64,000 bases of DNA from Eutreptiella sp. 'Long Island Sound 2002'. Taxonomy: Eukaryota; Protista; Euglenida. Shown here piece by piece: positions 13,511 through 26,480 of this stretch. The notes beneath the pieces were generated by a model. That model did not search any database. It saw nothing but the letters and a program-made list of their open reading frames with translations, and was not told the origin of the DNA. The position numbers and the translations under genes were made by a program. The DNA lies in contig OZ038378.1 of assembly GCA_964036045.1 (NCBI GenBank), positions 164,486,001-164,550,000 on the forward strand. Direction: 5' to 3'. Within the stretch, counting starts at the first letter, position 1, and each line of letters opens with the position of its first letter.

Positions 13511-15147
13511 ACCTCCCCCCCCATGGGGGGCTTTTAATTGGGGGGCCGGGGAATGGGGCCCCGCCCCCCTCTAAAAGCAGTCCTTATGCCATTATATACG
13601 ATCCGCGCGCCGAAATGAAACATATCCCAAAAGTGTACGATGCAGCCCCTCTAAATGACCGCCTCAGAGAGCTGATTCGCACTGTCATATTTGTTCTGAT
13701 CAATCATGGCTGTTTTGCAAAGTTAGGACCTTTACAAGGTTTTAACTTCTTTAACAGCATCCACTAATTCCATATAACCTAGGGATGCGATTTAAAGGTG
13801 CACCAGCAAAGTTGAGGTGCCGAACGACACTATCTATAAGCCACAGGCCCCAAATCCCAAGGAATCTATTTGCCATATTATTTATTTGCTGTGCACGCGT
13901 GCATTTCGCAGTCGCCGGCATTTGCGATCTTTCATTTTGACTGTTCAAAGTGAAATCGGGCTACAGTGCACGAAATTTCGATCTAAGACCAGTTTTATAA
14001 ATGATTCTGAAAGCTTCGTCTTGCTGTATAGTTGAAAAACCGCCGTCATTTTGTTTTGGCACCGCTTTTCGATTTGACGGTTTTCAGCCTCTACGGCCGC
14101 CTTCACAAGCTCAACAATGAAAAGAATACCCCCAAATTCACCGAAATTGCCATTCATTTCGTCAAAATCCGATACAATAGGCCCGAGTTATGAATATGTC
14201 AATTTTATGCTATTTGCAACCTGTGTCGCTAATCTTGCCAAATGCACCCTCCCTGTCTTTGCGCTGCTAGCTTAAACACAAGGCAAAGGAGTGTTTTTGC
14301 AATTGTTTGTCACCGCCTGGCTCCACTTCTGACATAGAAAGGTGACCCGAAAACGGCTAAAAACGTAATAAGGCTTTTCTTTTGATGGTGCTTCGCACCA
14401 ACAAAGGAAAAGCCGGACCAAGCACGAAAGACGAAGGATTCATTTAATCCTACTCTTCCACACCCTCCACAACATATCATGTATCATTGCTTCATTGCAA
14501 TTTCCTCAACATGCTCATCGTTCTTTGTTATAAATACTTGATCATGCATGTGCACATTGTGCAATTTTACTTCTACGTCCGACAGATACCCTTGAGAGGC
14601 GATCACAGCCCGCACACTGCCCTTCCCCATCTCGTGGAGCCCCCCTCCACTTGTTCCCCACTGGTGTGGGCATCAATACATTTGTCACAATAATGTTCCT
14701 GCTACTCACCACAAACTGTGATGGTGGAGTGCTTTTGACAACATAACACACACACAGCTGCCTCATCCTCTCCCTCATCTTGCCTGGCGGCTGCGTTGCT
14801 TTTATCGGTCCAAACTTGAGGTGGGACACGGTCCAATGGCCTATAAGGAGGGTGACAGACCCACTTCCGAATGCAAAATTGCATGAAATGCAACAAAAAC
14901 ACGCAGGGACTGGTGCAACTCAAAACGACCGCTACGGCGGATGTTCCTAACCAAACCCCAATGCCAAAATTGTCCAAACAAACTCTCAATGCATGCCCTA
15001 TACCACCCATGCACATCACTGTACACTATTGCCGGGCCATCAACGTTCCAATGTTTCTTTCAATGAATGACACAACGACATGAATCCGGCCTTTATAAGC
15101 GCCATCATGGCCCCCAACCTCAAAATTAAGGAAATCACCATGGGTAC

Positions 15148-15875
15148 GGGGAGAGATCAATATGGCTACATCACCCCTACCTTCTCGGGGTCCCCATAGT
15201 GGGGATAGATCAATATGGCTACATCGCCCCTACCTTCTCGGGTTCCCCATGGTGCGGAGAAAAGAGGGATGGAAAATGGTTGAAAATGATTGAAAACGGG
15301 TAAAAAATGGGTGACAATTCAAAAATACCACACCCTAGGGGGGGTGTTTGCCCCCCCCCTCCCCCCCTCAGTGTGTTACCTTTGTATTAACTATCCCGGC
15401 TTTAATCCCGGATTTATCCTCCCCGAGAGGAGCCCCCCAAGCCGACCAAAGTGGACCGCAAACCCTCCCTACAAAAGACGGTTAGGTTCCCTGTTGGTAC
15501 TAAAACCACCGAAGCAAAGCTTGGGACGGTGTCGGGTTCCCCGAAGGAACTTCCTTAGCACTTGCCTCCAAAAGCGATCAACGTAGATGGTCCGGCCTCC
15601 TTTGTCACGCAGCATGGCGACATAACCCCTGCCGCATCGGGGGCCCACATGTGGGCGGAATGGCTACACCAGCCCTGCCTTCTCGCGGGTCGCCACATGG
15701 GGACCAAATCAGAAAGGGCTACATCACCCCTACCTTCTCGGAGTCTCCATGGTGGGGAGAGATCAATATAGCTACATCACCCTTGTCTTCTTGGGGTCCC
15801 CATGGTGCGGAGAAAAGAGGAATGGAAAATGGGTAAAAATGGTTGAAAACGGGTAAAAATTGGTGACAATTCAAA
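15148..15875. repeat. ~50-53-bp minisatellite in two clusters (GGGGAGAGATCAATATGGCTACATCACCCCTACCTTCTCGGGGTCCCCAT)
   Basis: Two units at 15148-15250 and about four at 15610-15805; each cluster is followed by the same GGTGCGGAGAAAAGAGG...GACAATTCAAA tail. Confidence 0.85.
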
Positions 15876-16832
15876 TATGCCACATCAAAAATGCTAAAAA
15901 AAAAAAACCCCGGGGTGGAACATAAAAATTATGGAAAAGTGCATTCCCCACATCCCCAACCGAAAAAGGGCCATGCAAAATGCGTGAATTACGGCTCTGT
16001 ATCAAAAGTGGCCCAAAAAAATGCCTGGCTCATTGCCGCTCCCCCCATGGCCCACATTGCCCAATGTTGGGTTTGAAGGCAGCCTGCACACATGGCCACA
16101 AAAGTGTGGCATCGGTGTTTGCTTGCATGGCGCCGTCATGTTGGATGGACGCCGGGCAACACAACGGGGTGCTGCCCTTGCACAGCCACTAGGTCAGGAA
16201 AATGCTCGTGTAAACACCTTCTATTGCACCATGGTTTCGGACGGACAGTGGTTGTCACCGACAGCAATACTTGGTGGCAACACTCAAAAGCATACATGGC
16301 GTTTTGTTGGTGATCCATTTCAATGTAACGTTCCACCATGTTGCTTCCCCTGTGAATTGTGCTCACCACTTCGTGGAAGTCTTGATGTGACTGATACCTC
16401 ATGTTGAAGACTTTTGACACTAGTTCATATATTGTACCATAAAGACATGTACGCATCGCAGTTGATGTGAATCTTTGTGGGCACACCCAGTGATTGCTCT
16501 TTCTTGTCTACGGCAGAATTCGCATACACTGATTGCATCAACAAGTTCCGTTTGGGTTTCTGCATTTGCTCTGTTTGCCCTGAACACAGAAATAGATGTG
16601 TAATACCCCTTGTGTTGTTGGGTTCCTTGCTGTTTTGGGCAGGACACGATGGAATTCCTTTAATCGCGGGACTTGCACCAGCTGCATATAGGGAACAGAA
16701 ACCAATGCAATGCAAATGCCCTGGTGCTCTACCCTCGTGCTTTTGGGGCACGCAACAAGCAGATGGTTTTGTCGCGATATCTATGACTACACCCCTTTCC
16801 CCTTTTATCCACGGAGCCACATACCCCCTCCC

Positions 16833-16860
16833 ACTTTTTTTGAGTGTCGATTTTTTTTCC
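16833..16860 (+). other. Euglenid spliced-leader-like relic
   Basis: ACTTTTTTTGAGTGTCGATTTTTTTTCC versus the Euglena SL exon as I recall it, ACTTTCTGAGTGTCTATTTTTTTTCG; 21/24 identical over the 3' 24 nt. Confidence 0.5.
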
Positions 16861-17994
16861 TGTCGATCTCTCTCACGCCATGCTACCTCAGGCCCAACAT
16901 GGGTCAATATGGGTGTTCTTATGGATGTCAAAGTGTTGGTGTATCTGTAATTCCATGTGCTCTTGTGTGTATGCTGGCTGGTTGGACCCCTTTTGCAGTC
17001 ATGGACCGTCATCTTTTCACTGCCAGGCTGCCTGTCAAATGCCAGCCCCAAATGGCAAGCACATCCACCTAAGTTTGGAAAGGGGTTTTTTTCGGTGCCT
17101 GTCAATCAAAATGGAAGCAACGGATTGGTGCGGGAATTGTATACATGAAAGAAATTGTCATGTTTTAAGGGGTAGGGTTGGGTCACGTCTGCAACATATG
17201 TGGGACGTGTTGTGCGGTAACGAGGGCTTCAAAGCGTGGTGGTGCCTGTTGTTGACTGCGGCTGGAACCACCTCTTGCCTCCTCCCTAGGGAAGAGCTGG
17301 AAAGGGCATGCAGAGGGGAGGGGGGGGGAGCTGGGAGGCCACTGCAAGCAATATCAATTCCGAATGCGCAAAACGGGCTGTCCAGTGTGGCTCCTGGCAC
17401 CCGAACCCTTCTGAACACCTCGAGAGCAGAGCCCGCCGTAGCGGTGGAAATCGTCCTCTTTTGTCTCGGCACTCCTTCGGCCAATGAGACGGTTGGTTGG
17501 GACCTCTGTGCCAGCAAACAGTCGTTGAAAGGGCAGTGTAAACCCGAGCCCTTTGTCAGCGCAATGCTGTGCATGGAGAGGGGGAGAATTCAGACGTAGG
17601 CATTCCCTGGCCAACCCTCATCGTGACATTTGTGCAATGGTGATGGTGGTGGTTGCCGCGAGCAGGTCACAAAGCGCTCCACACACGCACGTCCTGCTCT
17701 GCACGTGCAGCAATGTTCAGCAGTTCGATAATATTTCATAAAGACACTGCTTTTTTTTTGGCTCAGACCAAGATGAGCTGGCGTAGCCTGCTCACTTCAC
17801 AGTACTCGAGACAACCTCTCGGAATCAAGGTTCAGAGCTGTCCAGTGCTATGATGATCCCACAGTGGCTGCGGTAGCGGATCTGACACGTCGTAAGGATT
17901 AGTTAGCTGAGTCTGAGACCAGGTTATGCTGTGGGAGACTGCCATGCCCGTAGGCTTCCCAGTAGCGTCTTAGCAAGTATGAGGTGGGGTGTCT

Positions 17995-18145
17995 TTCATT
18001 TTCTAAGACAGGGTGTCTTACATCCGTCTTACACCGTCTTACATCCGTCTTACACCGTCTTACATGCGTCTTAAATCCGTCTTACATGACTCTTAGATTT
18101 TCTAAGACGGGGCGTCTTGGATTTTCTAAGACAGGGCGTCTTACA
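17995..18145. repeat. CCGTCTTACA(T) 10-11-bp tandem array with TTTTCTAAGAC repeats
   Basis: Directly visible tandem units. Confidence 0.85.
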
Positions 18146-18198
18146 ACAGTTTTGCCACTGGGCATCGTGAATACACCTCCACCCTCCAAGGGCGAGGG

Positions 18199-18365
18199 CA
18201 GGGATGCATTGGGAGGCGGGGAGGCATTCCCCCACCCCCACCCCTCCAGGGCGCCCCACCTATGCCCAGCCACCGTCTCCCTGACGCCAAGTGCCAGCTT
18301 CAGTGGCATTTGTAACCGACAGTAACCGCCCCAACCGCTTCGGCAGCCTCCTCCACCCGGCTGCC
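18199..18365. mobile_element. Truncated family A MITE
   Basis: One TIR plus most of the body. Further partial copies at ~51853-52022 and ~61420-61611. Confidence 0.7.
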
Positions 18366-19192
18366 GTGCGTGAGGCACAATGACTGTAGGCTGAAAAAGA
18401 CAGCAGTTCAAAGATTGAAGGCTGAGATGAATCAGTGGGTTGCATTTCATACACTATCAGTACCAGAGAGGGACATTTCATGTAGACACTTCGGCTTTGC
18501 TGTTTCCTTGCTCTTGAACCTATTTTGTCAGCACTGCGTGCCTTAATGTTACAGTACAGGTAGGGCGCTCAGGGGGTAAGTCAGGTCAGGTCATTGTACC
18601 TTGCTGCTACACTGACACAAAATGATCAAGTGCAACGGACGTCCCACTGTCCCAAGAGGAAGTGGTGAGGTAATGGCAGGGGTGTGGTGTATGGGATAGT
18701 GAACTCGGGGTGTATCATCTGTCATTGGGGACCCGATCTCAGGGCTGGTATCAAGATAACGCAGAGAGCTGACGTCAGTGCTTGGTGTTTGGCATGCTCG
18801 ACGCGAACATGGGGGGGCTGCAACATGGGGGTCAGGTGTGGACCCGCCACTTAGCTCCAGCCGCGCCTGCCTCTCACGGCCTTCATCGCCACATCAGTTT
18901 CATTGTTCACCTGCGGCTTTTGCCAAGTCCAGTCCAATGTGATGCTCCCTCTCCTCCCTGAATGGGGCTAGAGGCTGTTCACAGTTTCGGGTCCCGGGCA
19001 GTAGCGCCTGCCTTGCACAGGAATATGGTCATAGCCACAACTCACAGTACATTGTTTTGCCTTGCTGCACTGCAGCGCAAACCAGAGGTTGCGAACAATG
19101 GGGGGGGGGGGGGTTCCATGGGCTGAAGTCCCACAGATTCGCATAGACCACCATCCAGACTCAATTCAGACCGTTGTGAAGTGGGTGACGAC

Positions 19193-19258
19193 TGGTGGTG
19201 GTGGTGGTGGTGGTGGTGGTGGTGGTGGTGGTGGTGGTGGTGGTGGTGGTGGTGGTTG
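19193..19258. repeat. (GGT)n microsatellite
   Basis: About 21 units. Confidence 0.95.
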
Positions 19259-20601
19259 GGGGGTTCCAAAAAACCTCCCCCCCAGTAATTTGGTGGCCCC
19301 ACTCCAGACCCCAACCACATGCCCTCAACATCACCCGGACCGCATCACCTGGGACGACCCCAGGCCCCCTAAATCGTGGGAAAAGGTGTTTTGTTGTATT
19401 CCCCGGCCCCAAAACAGGGGTTGAGGCTGGTTTGGCTGATGTCCCCTGATCCTGCTCTTCCTACACAGGCACAGTTCAAAGCAGTCGACTGATTGACGGG
19501 CGGGAGCTTAAATACCATAAATAAATTACAATAATAAATTATAATAACAAATAACAATAATAAACTGCACACCGCAGAACGAAGAGCAGCGGAGCCAAAC
19601 TGGGGTTTAAGGGTAAACCTGAGTTCAGACCCAAGCTCACAGTCCTCAAACAGAGACCTGCCTGCCCCCCATGTTGGCGCAGCAAAGGACAGTGGTCTTC
19701 GAATAAAACGATGCGTTCGGATTGCACGTGTCCTTCGATGCTGACAACCCAACAAGAGTCTGCGTGTGGTCAGGACCCATTCCGCCGACTTCGAGGGTCC
19801 GTGTTCAAGCAGCAAGAGCTTTGCAGTGCTCTGTGACCCTGGAGTGGCTCTGTGGCTACTGGATAGTCACGGCGGTGCTGTGAGAGTCCCAAACTACCCC
19901 CCCCCGTTCGGGCCCACAGAGGGTCAGAATGAGCAGTGGCGAGAGGCCAATAGGCGCCGCCAAAGGCAAACAATCAGATACCGAGGCCTTGTGCCACCCC
20001 CCCCCCCCCTTTGCGAGAGCAACACCAAAGTTCGACACTGGGGCTGAAGCAGAGGATTGGTCCAATAATATCCTACTTACTGGCACCGATCCCCCACCCC
20101 CCCTGTGCAAGCAACGGTAAATGACCAGAAATTGACGGAACCAACGCCCAGCGTTGCTTGGGCAAGGCTGTTGCTTACGTGCTACGCTGTGCACCTTGTT
20201 CACCCTCAAGATTGTTATTCCATTCCATAATGGTCAGCAAATTGTCATCTTCGTTGAATGCAAGGAAAACAAAATGTTGTCCTCGTGACTTCGCGTGGGT
20301 CAGCCTTCAATTAAGTTGATGAAGTTTCTCGAAGGATTTGAATTTTTTTTGGTGAGTGAAGTTTTTAAAGAACTTGCCCACTGCTAAGCAGCACCGCTAA
20401 CTATTTCAACAGTGATGGTCAGCACGTGAAGAGGTGAATTGCAGCGAGCTCCCAGTGTGCCTTTTTTTTCGTTGCTGCCTGCAACAAAACTGAGGAATTT
20501 GACGGAAACGACACCTCTTGTCGGGGGGTCGTTTGTGCTCGCCGTGAGAAAATCATCCCACCCCGGCCCAGCAGCCTGAGCGGCAGAGGAGTGCGCAAAC
20601 G

Positions 20602-21489
20602 CTACGCATCCCCCAGCAGGCTTTGAACCGCGTGCAGCGTCCAAAAGCCCGCCGCGTTCACAGGCACAGCCCTGGCGAGCATCACAAGGCTGCCGCGATA
20701 GAAGCCCGCGAGCCCATGCTCCCGGATGATGTTCGCGGCCATGACCCGGACGCCGCCGTCTGCGGGCGACGAGACCATGAGCCTCGCCCTGACGGCGTCG
20801 CACGGGTACAGGGCGAGGTTGAAGATGACCCCCGTGGTCGCGCCGCACCACAGCCGCTGCAGCGCCGTGGGCTGGTCGAAGAGCAGGAGGAGGTACTCGT
20901 GCGACACGAAGAAAATCCCGTTCCCTGGCATGTTCCGCGCCGCCGTCATGGAGGTCCCACGGAAGAGCAGCCGCCATTTGTCCGGCCCGTCCATCAACGC
21001 CCGCAGCGCCGGTAGAGAGCCGCGGGCCTCTGCGCCCCGCTGCGACGCGGGTGTGTACGTGGTCTGCAAGCGCGTCCGCCACACGTCCAACGGGTTTTGC
21101 AGGGCGGTGAGGGCCACCCCTGACGCAAAGCCGGCGGCAAAGACGCCGCCGTAGAACCGCCGCCACTCGGCGCGCGCGCTGCCGGGCGGGGGGTCCGCGG
21201 GCCGCAGGGAGCGGTACGTGCCGAACATGATCGCGGAGTACGGGAGCGAGATGAGCAGCTGCGGGGTGAACCCCTTCCAGAGGGCCTGCACCCCCTCGAC
21301 CCGCACGGTCTGCGTCAGGCAGTGCCAGGGGCCCCGGAACTGCAGCGTCGAGGTGGTCTGAAGCCGCACTCTGATGACGTCGAACGGCACGCCCACTGCC
21401 GTCCACACAACCCCTGGGGAGGCGGCCACAACAACGCTCTTCAGGGCGTCGCGGACCCAGTCACGGATGCCGTGAATCTGCTGTGTCAT
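20602..21489 (-). CDS. Mitochondrial carrier (SLC25 family), carnitine/basic amino acid carrier-like, 295 aa, intronless
   Basis: Three signature motifs PFDVIRVRLQ, PLDVWRTRLQ, PCDAVRARLM; EGVQALWKG, EHGLAGFYRG, RAVPVNAAGF. First ATG is at 21489 (the ORF track start at 21531 is GTG). Confidence 0.93.
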   Translation of the reverse strand: MTQQIHGIRDWVRDALKSVVVAASPGVVWTAVGVPFDVIRVRLQTTSTLQFRGPWHCLTQTVRVEGVQALWKGFTPQLLISLPYSAIMFGTYRSLRPADPPPGSARAEWRRFYGGVFAAGFASGVALTALQNPLDVWRTRLQTTYTPASQRGAEARGSLPALRALMDGPDKWRLLFRGTSMTAARNMPGNGIFFVSHEYLLLLFDQPTALQRLWCGATTGVIFNLALYPCDAVRARLMVSSPADGGVRVMAANIIREHGLAGFYRGSLVMLARAVPVNAAGFWTLHAVQSLLGDA

Positions 21490-21492
21490 GCT

Positions 21493-21515
21493 CTGAACAG
21501 GAGGGCGTTGAGGAG
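21493..21515 (-). promoter_or_regulatory. Candidate trans-splice (SL) acceptor upstream of the carrier ATG
   Basis: Minus strand reads pyrimidine-rich CTCAACGCCCTCCTGTTCAG|AGCATG, with the AG 3 nt before the ATG. Function is inferred. Confidence 0.35.
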
Positions 21516-22610
21516 TACTAGCGCTGGGCACAGCAGACTTGCGATCGTTTGCGTTTCTCTACAGACAGCCCACCCGAGCGAGGACACAAGGTCGCCGCTC
21601 AACCTGCTTTACCACGCCGTCGTCCGCCAAGCCCCCGATACAGGACGTCCTTTTAATGGGAAAAGAAAAACTGCAGTGTCCGGTGGTCAGCCAAATCTGC
21701 ACATTATGGCCATTGTGGTTCCACCAGGACTTTCTTATCTTGAGTCTGATGCAACCCGTATGCCCTGACATCCCCAGTTTTGCTCATTTTGACGACTGCT
21801 GTTTCACCAGCAATGTTTTTTTTTTAAGTCTGATGCAACCCGTATGTCCAGATGGTTACCCTCCAACGTCCGTTGGTTACCTGCCAACCGCCGTCGGTTA
21901 CCCCCCCCAACCGCCGGCGGTTACCCTCCAATCTTTTAACTAAAAAAAGCCGTCCACTAAAACATGACCTGCCCCAATAAGACCACCAACACCCTGGCCA
22001 TCCTACTCATGCACACTCTGTATGTCTAGGCGACACGAACGCCCATGCGACCACACGACAGCTGATGCAACACCGTGCCTGAGCCCATAGGCCAAGAAGG
22101 CCTGGCTGAACGCGGATATACAGACCAAACCTTGGCCTTGGCCTGAAACACCCACACACCAACCACAATGCCCCTCGTGCCCCCACCCCGTCTCCCATCA
22201 CCTCCCCATAACCCACTACACCGTGGGGGGAAAACCGTCTGTGGGTGTTTGGCCATGGGGAGGGCAGAGGTTCCGCTTTTTGTGGGGGTATTGGGACTGC
22301 CAGACCGCCATGTGGGGTCCACCGGCGCGTGCTCCCCCAACGTGTGCGCTTTGCTTCGGCTGTGGCCCCCTATCGGGCGCGGACCCGGTTTGGGGGCCTC
22401 GTTGGACAGCGGGGGCAGACAGGACGGGGCGAGGGGCTCACTCGACAGTCAGACAGGCTCCAACGTGCACCAAAACCAGGCATGCCCCTCACGTCCCCAG
22501 AGGAACGACCCGGTCTCAAACAGCACCAGGTCCACAAACACTTCCTCACGCGTCCAGGGCCCAGATTTTTGGAGGGGCTGGCTGGCGTGCCTGCTGAATG
22601 GGGGGCCGTC

Positions 22611-22819
22611 CAGGGATGCATTGGAAGAGGGGGGGAGGTACCACCCTCCAGGGTGCCCAGCCTATGCCCAGCCACTGTCCCCGTGACACCAAGTGCCAGG
22701 TCCAATGGCATTTGTAACGAACAGTAACCGCCCCAACCGCTTTGGCAACCCCCTCCAACCGCCTGACTAACCGCTTCTGGGGCCACCTCTGAGGCCCCTT
22801 TCCTTCTAATGCATCCCTG
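22611..22819. mobile_element. hAT-type MITE family A
   Basis: TIR CAGGGATGCATTGGAAG / CTTCTAATGCATCCCTG; TSD GGGCCGTC/TGGCCGTC (7/8). Confidence 0.85.
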
Positions 22820-23328
22820 TGGCCGTCACACTGGCCTATCTCAGGGATGATGAGCCCCGCAGGTGTAGCCCTGCAAAGCGTCCTCCGCCATCCTACCGCC
22901 CACTGCCCCGCATCCTCCCGCTGCCAAGAGAGCCTACCGCTGGGGGCCGCCAGATCCCCCTTTGAACCCCCCTGTTCCCATTCGACTGCTCAAAGTTTAA
23001 GGTCCGTCCACGGAGCGCCCGAGCAAGCCCCTGAAGTCCTGCGCAGACGAGGTCAAATTGGCACTCTGAGTCTGCTCCACTGTTCTGTTGCCTGCGCAGC
23101 AGCCATGCACAGCCCGCACGCAAAGGTATTTGTTCATCATGTAGGTTGGTTCCCCTGCAAATGGCCCCCTCCAAGGACAGCGGGCCGTCCTCGCCTCTGT
23201 TACAAAGGCGATGGCGGGTGGTTGAGACTGTGGAGGATGACTGTTGCTTCCGTTGCTGAGGGCCTGTGGGTCGGGATGAACTCCGGGCCCTCGCGCCGTC
23301 AGGCTGGGGGGTTGAGGAGCGTCGGTCC

Positions 23329-23657
23329 GGTGCAACCCTACAAATCCTCATACCAACGGGCGTAAATCAACAGACAACAACAGACAACAAATCCTCATGC
23401 CAGTGGGGGGTGCAAGCCCACAAATCCACAACGCAATGTAAGTGCAAGCATACAAACCGTCATGCCAAAGGGGGTGTAAGCCTATCAACCATCTCACCAG
23501 TGGAGTTGCCATCCTACTAACCCTCATACCAATTGGGTGCAATCCCACAAGTCCTCATACCAATGGGGGGGGCATGGCTGAAAATCCATCGCGCAATGTA
23601 GGTGCAAGCATACGCATTCTCCACTAACAGGGTTGTAAGGCCTACTAAGCCTCATAC
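23329..23657. repeat. Degenerate ~32-bp minisatellite, ~10 units
   Basis: Approximate consensus AAATCCTCATACCAATGGGGGTGCAAGCCTAC. Confidence 0.8.
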
Positions 23658-26480
23658 TTTTCTGTGTGTGTGAATGTTCTGAAGTAAAGGAAAGCCGTCT
23701 GCACTTGCATGTACTATTCTCCCAGAAGAACCATGGACGTGCTTTGCCCGAAATCTCCAATATTTGACCATGCTGAACTTGCGAGATTGCACCGTGTGTT
23801 TCTTGTATCTCGTGCTGAGCCCATGCATGCAAACAGCTACCCCAATGGGCAACAAAGGGACAACCATCAAAACAAGGCATGCAACACACACAGACAAAAC
23901 AGCTGAATTCTTTGGGTTGCACCTTCCAACTGTACACAAAGGCCCAACCCTACCCATCACCGTCAAAAGTGAGCAGTGAATGTGCCCCATGACGTACATT
24001 ACACAGCAATCATGTTCACAGCTCCAGAGGAAATGGAACCCTGAAATGTCTTGAATCTTAATCACAACCCATTTTCATCATGAAACATACAAGCAACACA
24101 GCATCTTTATAAGAGGTTGGAATCCCCCCACAACTTAGAGATATGCAAAAAAAAATGGGGCATAGAACAGATAAACATACATGCTCGGTAAAACATGAGC
24201 AGGAGTGGTGATCAAAAACTGGGTTTCACATGTGGCAAACAAGAGACACAACAACTCTCTGCGAGCTTAAAAACCATAAACCTCTACTAATTACAAAAAC
24301 CGACCACACTGGTGACCACACACATGAAGCAGCTGCTCCCTGTATGCGTGGTCCCCTGTTCCAGTCTGGCAGTTTTATGATGCATCTTAAATGCACAAGG
24401 TTCCCCATGTTTGCCTTTTTTTGCCTATGGCTGAGGTTACAAGCAGTTGTGACAAAAGGGTCAAAAACAACAAAGTGTACCAGAAGATGTCTCCCTAAAG
24501 GCTTTTACTGTAGTTGACACAATTTCTAAAGAAGAAGACTGTATTTTACTGAATGAGGTAGGGGGAAAGATTTCAGGTGGGACTCGCAGCACCATGTGCA
24601 GAGTTCAAAGTGTTGGTTGGAGAAAAGAAACAATGCCGAGAAAACACAGTACCCCTCCCCTTAAAGAGGACTTGTTTGTTCCAAGAAAACGAACATTGGG
24701 TGCTACACGTGACTTTCCACCAAAACAGATGAATGATTCAAAGGTAAAGCCCCCAGAACCTGGTGCTGCAATTCCAAGGTCACGCTAACGCTAGGTAGTC
24801 CTGCTGGCCCACTCGCCTGGTGCAGGTCAGAGAAAGGGCTCCAGAAGCAAAAAAACGAAGAATGTTCGGTACGAAGAATGGCAGACTGAATAGAAAGAAA
24901 GAATGGGAATGCAACAAGAGAGGGAGAAGACCGATCTTTGAAAAGCTCTGCATTGCCTTTCTGCTTTGGCCCAAGAAATCATGGGGTGCAGAGAGGAAGG
25001 CCGGGGATGTGGGCTTTGCAGAGTTCTGCATGAGGTGAAGAGGGGTGGGCTGCTGGATGTCCCCAGGTGTGTGGGCACTTGCTGAAAAAAAGTCTGCGCT
25101 TGGGGGCAAAAGACAACCTGCCATTGTGTGGCCAATGGCCCAATGGGGATCAGGCTGAAGGTGCCTCGAGGCATCCGCAGAGCCCCCAAGAACGCTTGAG
25201 ACAGCGCAGTGCGACACAATGTGCTGTGCCGAACGCCTCTGGGCACGCACATGTGGCTAAAAGGCGTGTGCAGTGTGCAGGGCATGTAGCTTCCTTAGTA
25301 GTTGCCTTGCACGACCACAAACCACGGACCTCTGAAGTCTCAGAGAGTCAGGCCCCACTACTCCTTCGTAAAAGTTCTCGTTGAACGCAAGGGAGGGGGA
25401 GGTTGGCGGAACAGCACTGCAGAGCGCTCTGTGGAGAGGATCCAGGGGGCACCCGGAGGGCTGTTCAGAGAGGGGGAACAATTTGCCAGGCTCCGTTACT
25501 CCGAAACCTGAGGAAAGCGCCTGTCATCAGCCAATTGCCATCATGCAATGGCCATTCGTTACTGGCCAACCCTCGTGGGCCGTCCCGTTGTCGGTTGACC
25601 AGGTTTCAACAACCGCTGTCATGTGCAAAGCACCCAACCGCCATCAACTAACTCGAAAAAAGGGAGGGGGGGGGGGAGTTGGATCCTTTGGCCTTGAGCG
25701 CACAGTTGCACTTTCCCCTTGGGTCACAAAGAGAAGCCATGCTCTGGAACAAAAACACAAGTCAAGCACAAGGTGAGTGAGTGTGAACGTCTCCTCGCAA
25801 TTGCAGCTACTGCCCCCGTGGCCTCCACTCGTGTTGACCGCGAAATTTTGGGGGCTTTGGAATATAAATACACAAGTCAAGCACAAGCACACGCACATTG
25901 TGATCAGATCAGAGAGGGAGGAGTTGACTGGGTCAAATCATGGTCATTCCAGGGAGTAGTGGGAGGTCTGCGGTGGTTTCATACAGGGCGTTGGGCGTGC
26001 ATCATGCCACGCACCTGTCACCAGGAGCAAAACAGGGAACCGGGGTCCTGTTGCTTAAGATTTACTGCTGGGGTTACTGAGCCATGAGAGCCACAAAGAA
26101 TTACACACAGCTGTACACGGCCGTACAGCTACACACAACCACAGACATCCACACTGGCCCCGCATGCTGCTGAATTCTGCCACTGACAACAGGAACCTCT
26201 GATGCTGGAGCAGTGGGCAACTGCAGGGGCCATGCCATCAATGCAGCGAGCCCACATGGACCTCTGCCAGCCAGACGGGATGGGTGTCCAGTTCATCTGG
26301 CAAGTGGATGAGTCCCTTCGGGCTGGACCACCTTCCTCAGGGCCTATGCAGGACCACACTGGGGGCGGAAGCTTTACCAGCGAACTGAGAGGCAAGGGGT
26401 GCTCCTGGCAACCCTGGACTGGATGCAGACCTAATCATGACCGCTGCACAGCAGGTCCATGGGTGGTGGGGCCTAAGCCC

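Noticed and set aside
15148-15805. CRISPR-like array
   Set aside because: Units are contiguous without unique spacers, there are no cas genes, and the context is eukaryotic.
20384-21406. 340-aa and 130-142-aa ORFs overlapping the carrier
   Set aside because: Shadow frames of a GC3-rich gene.
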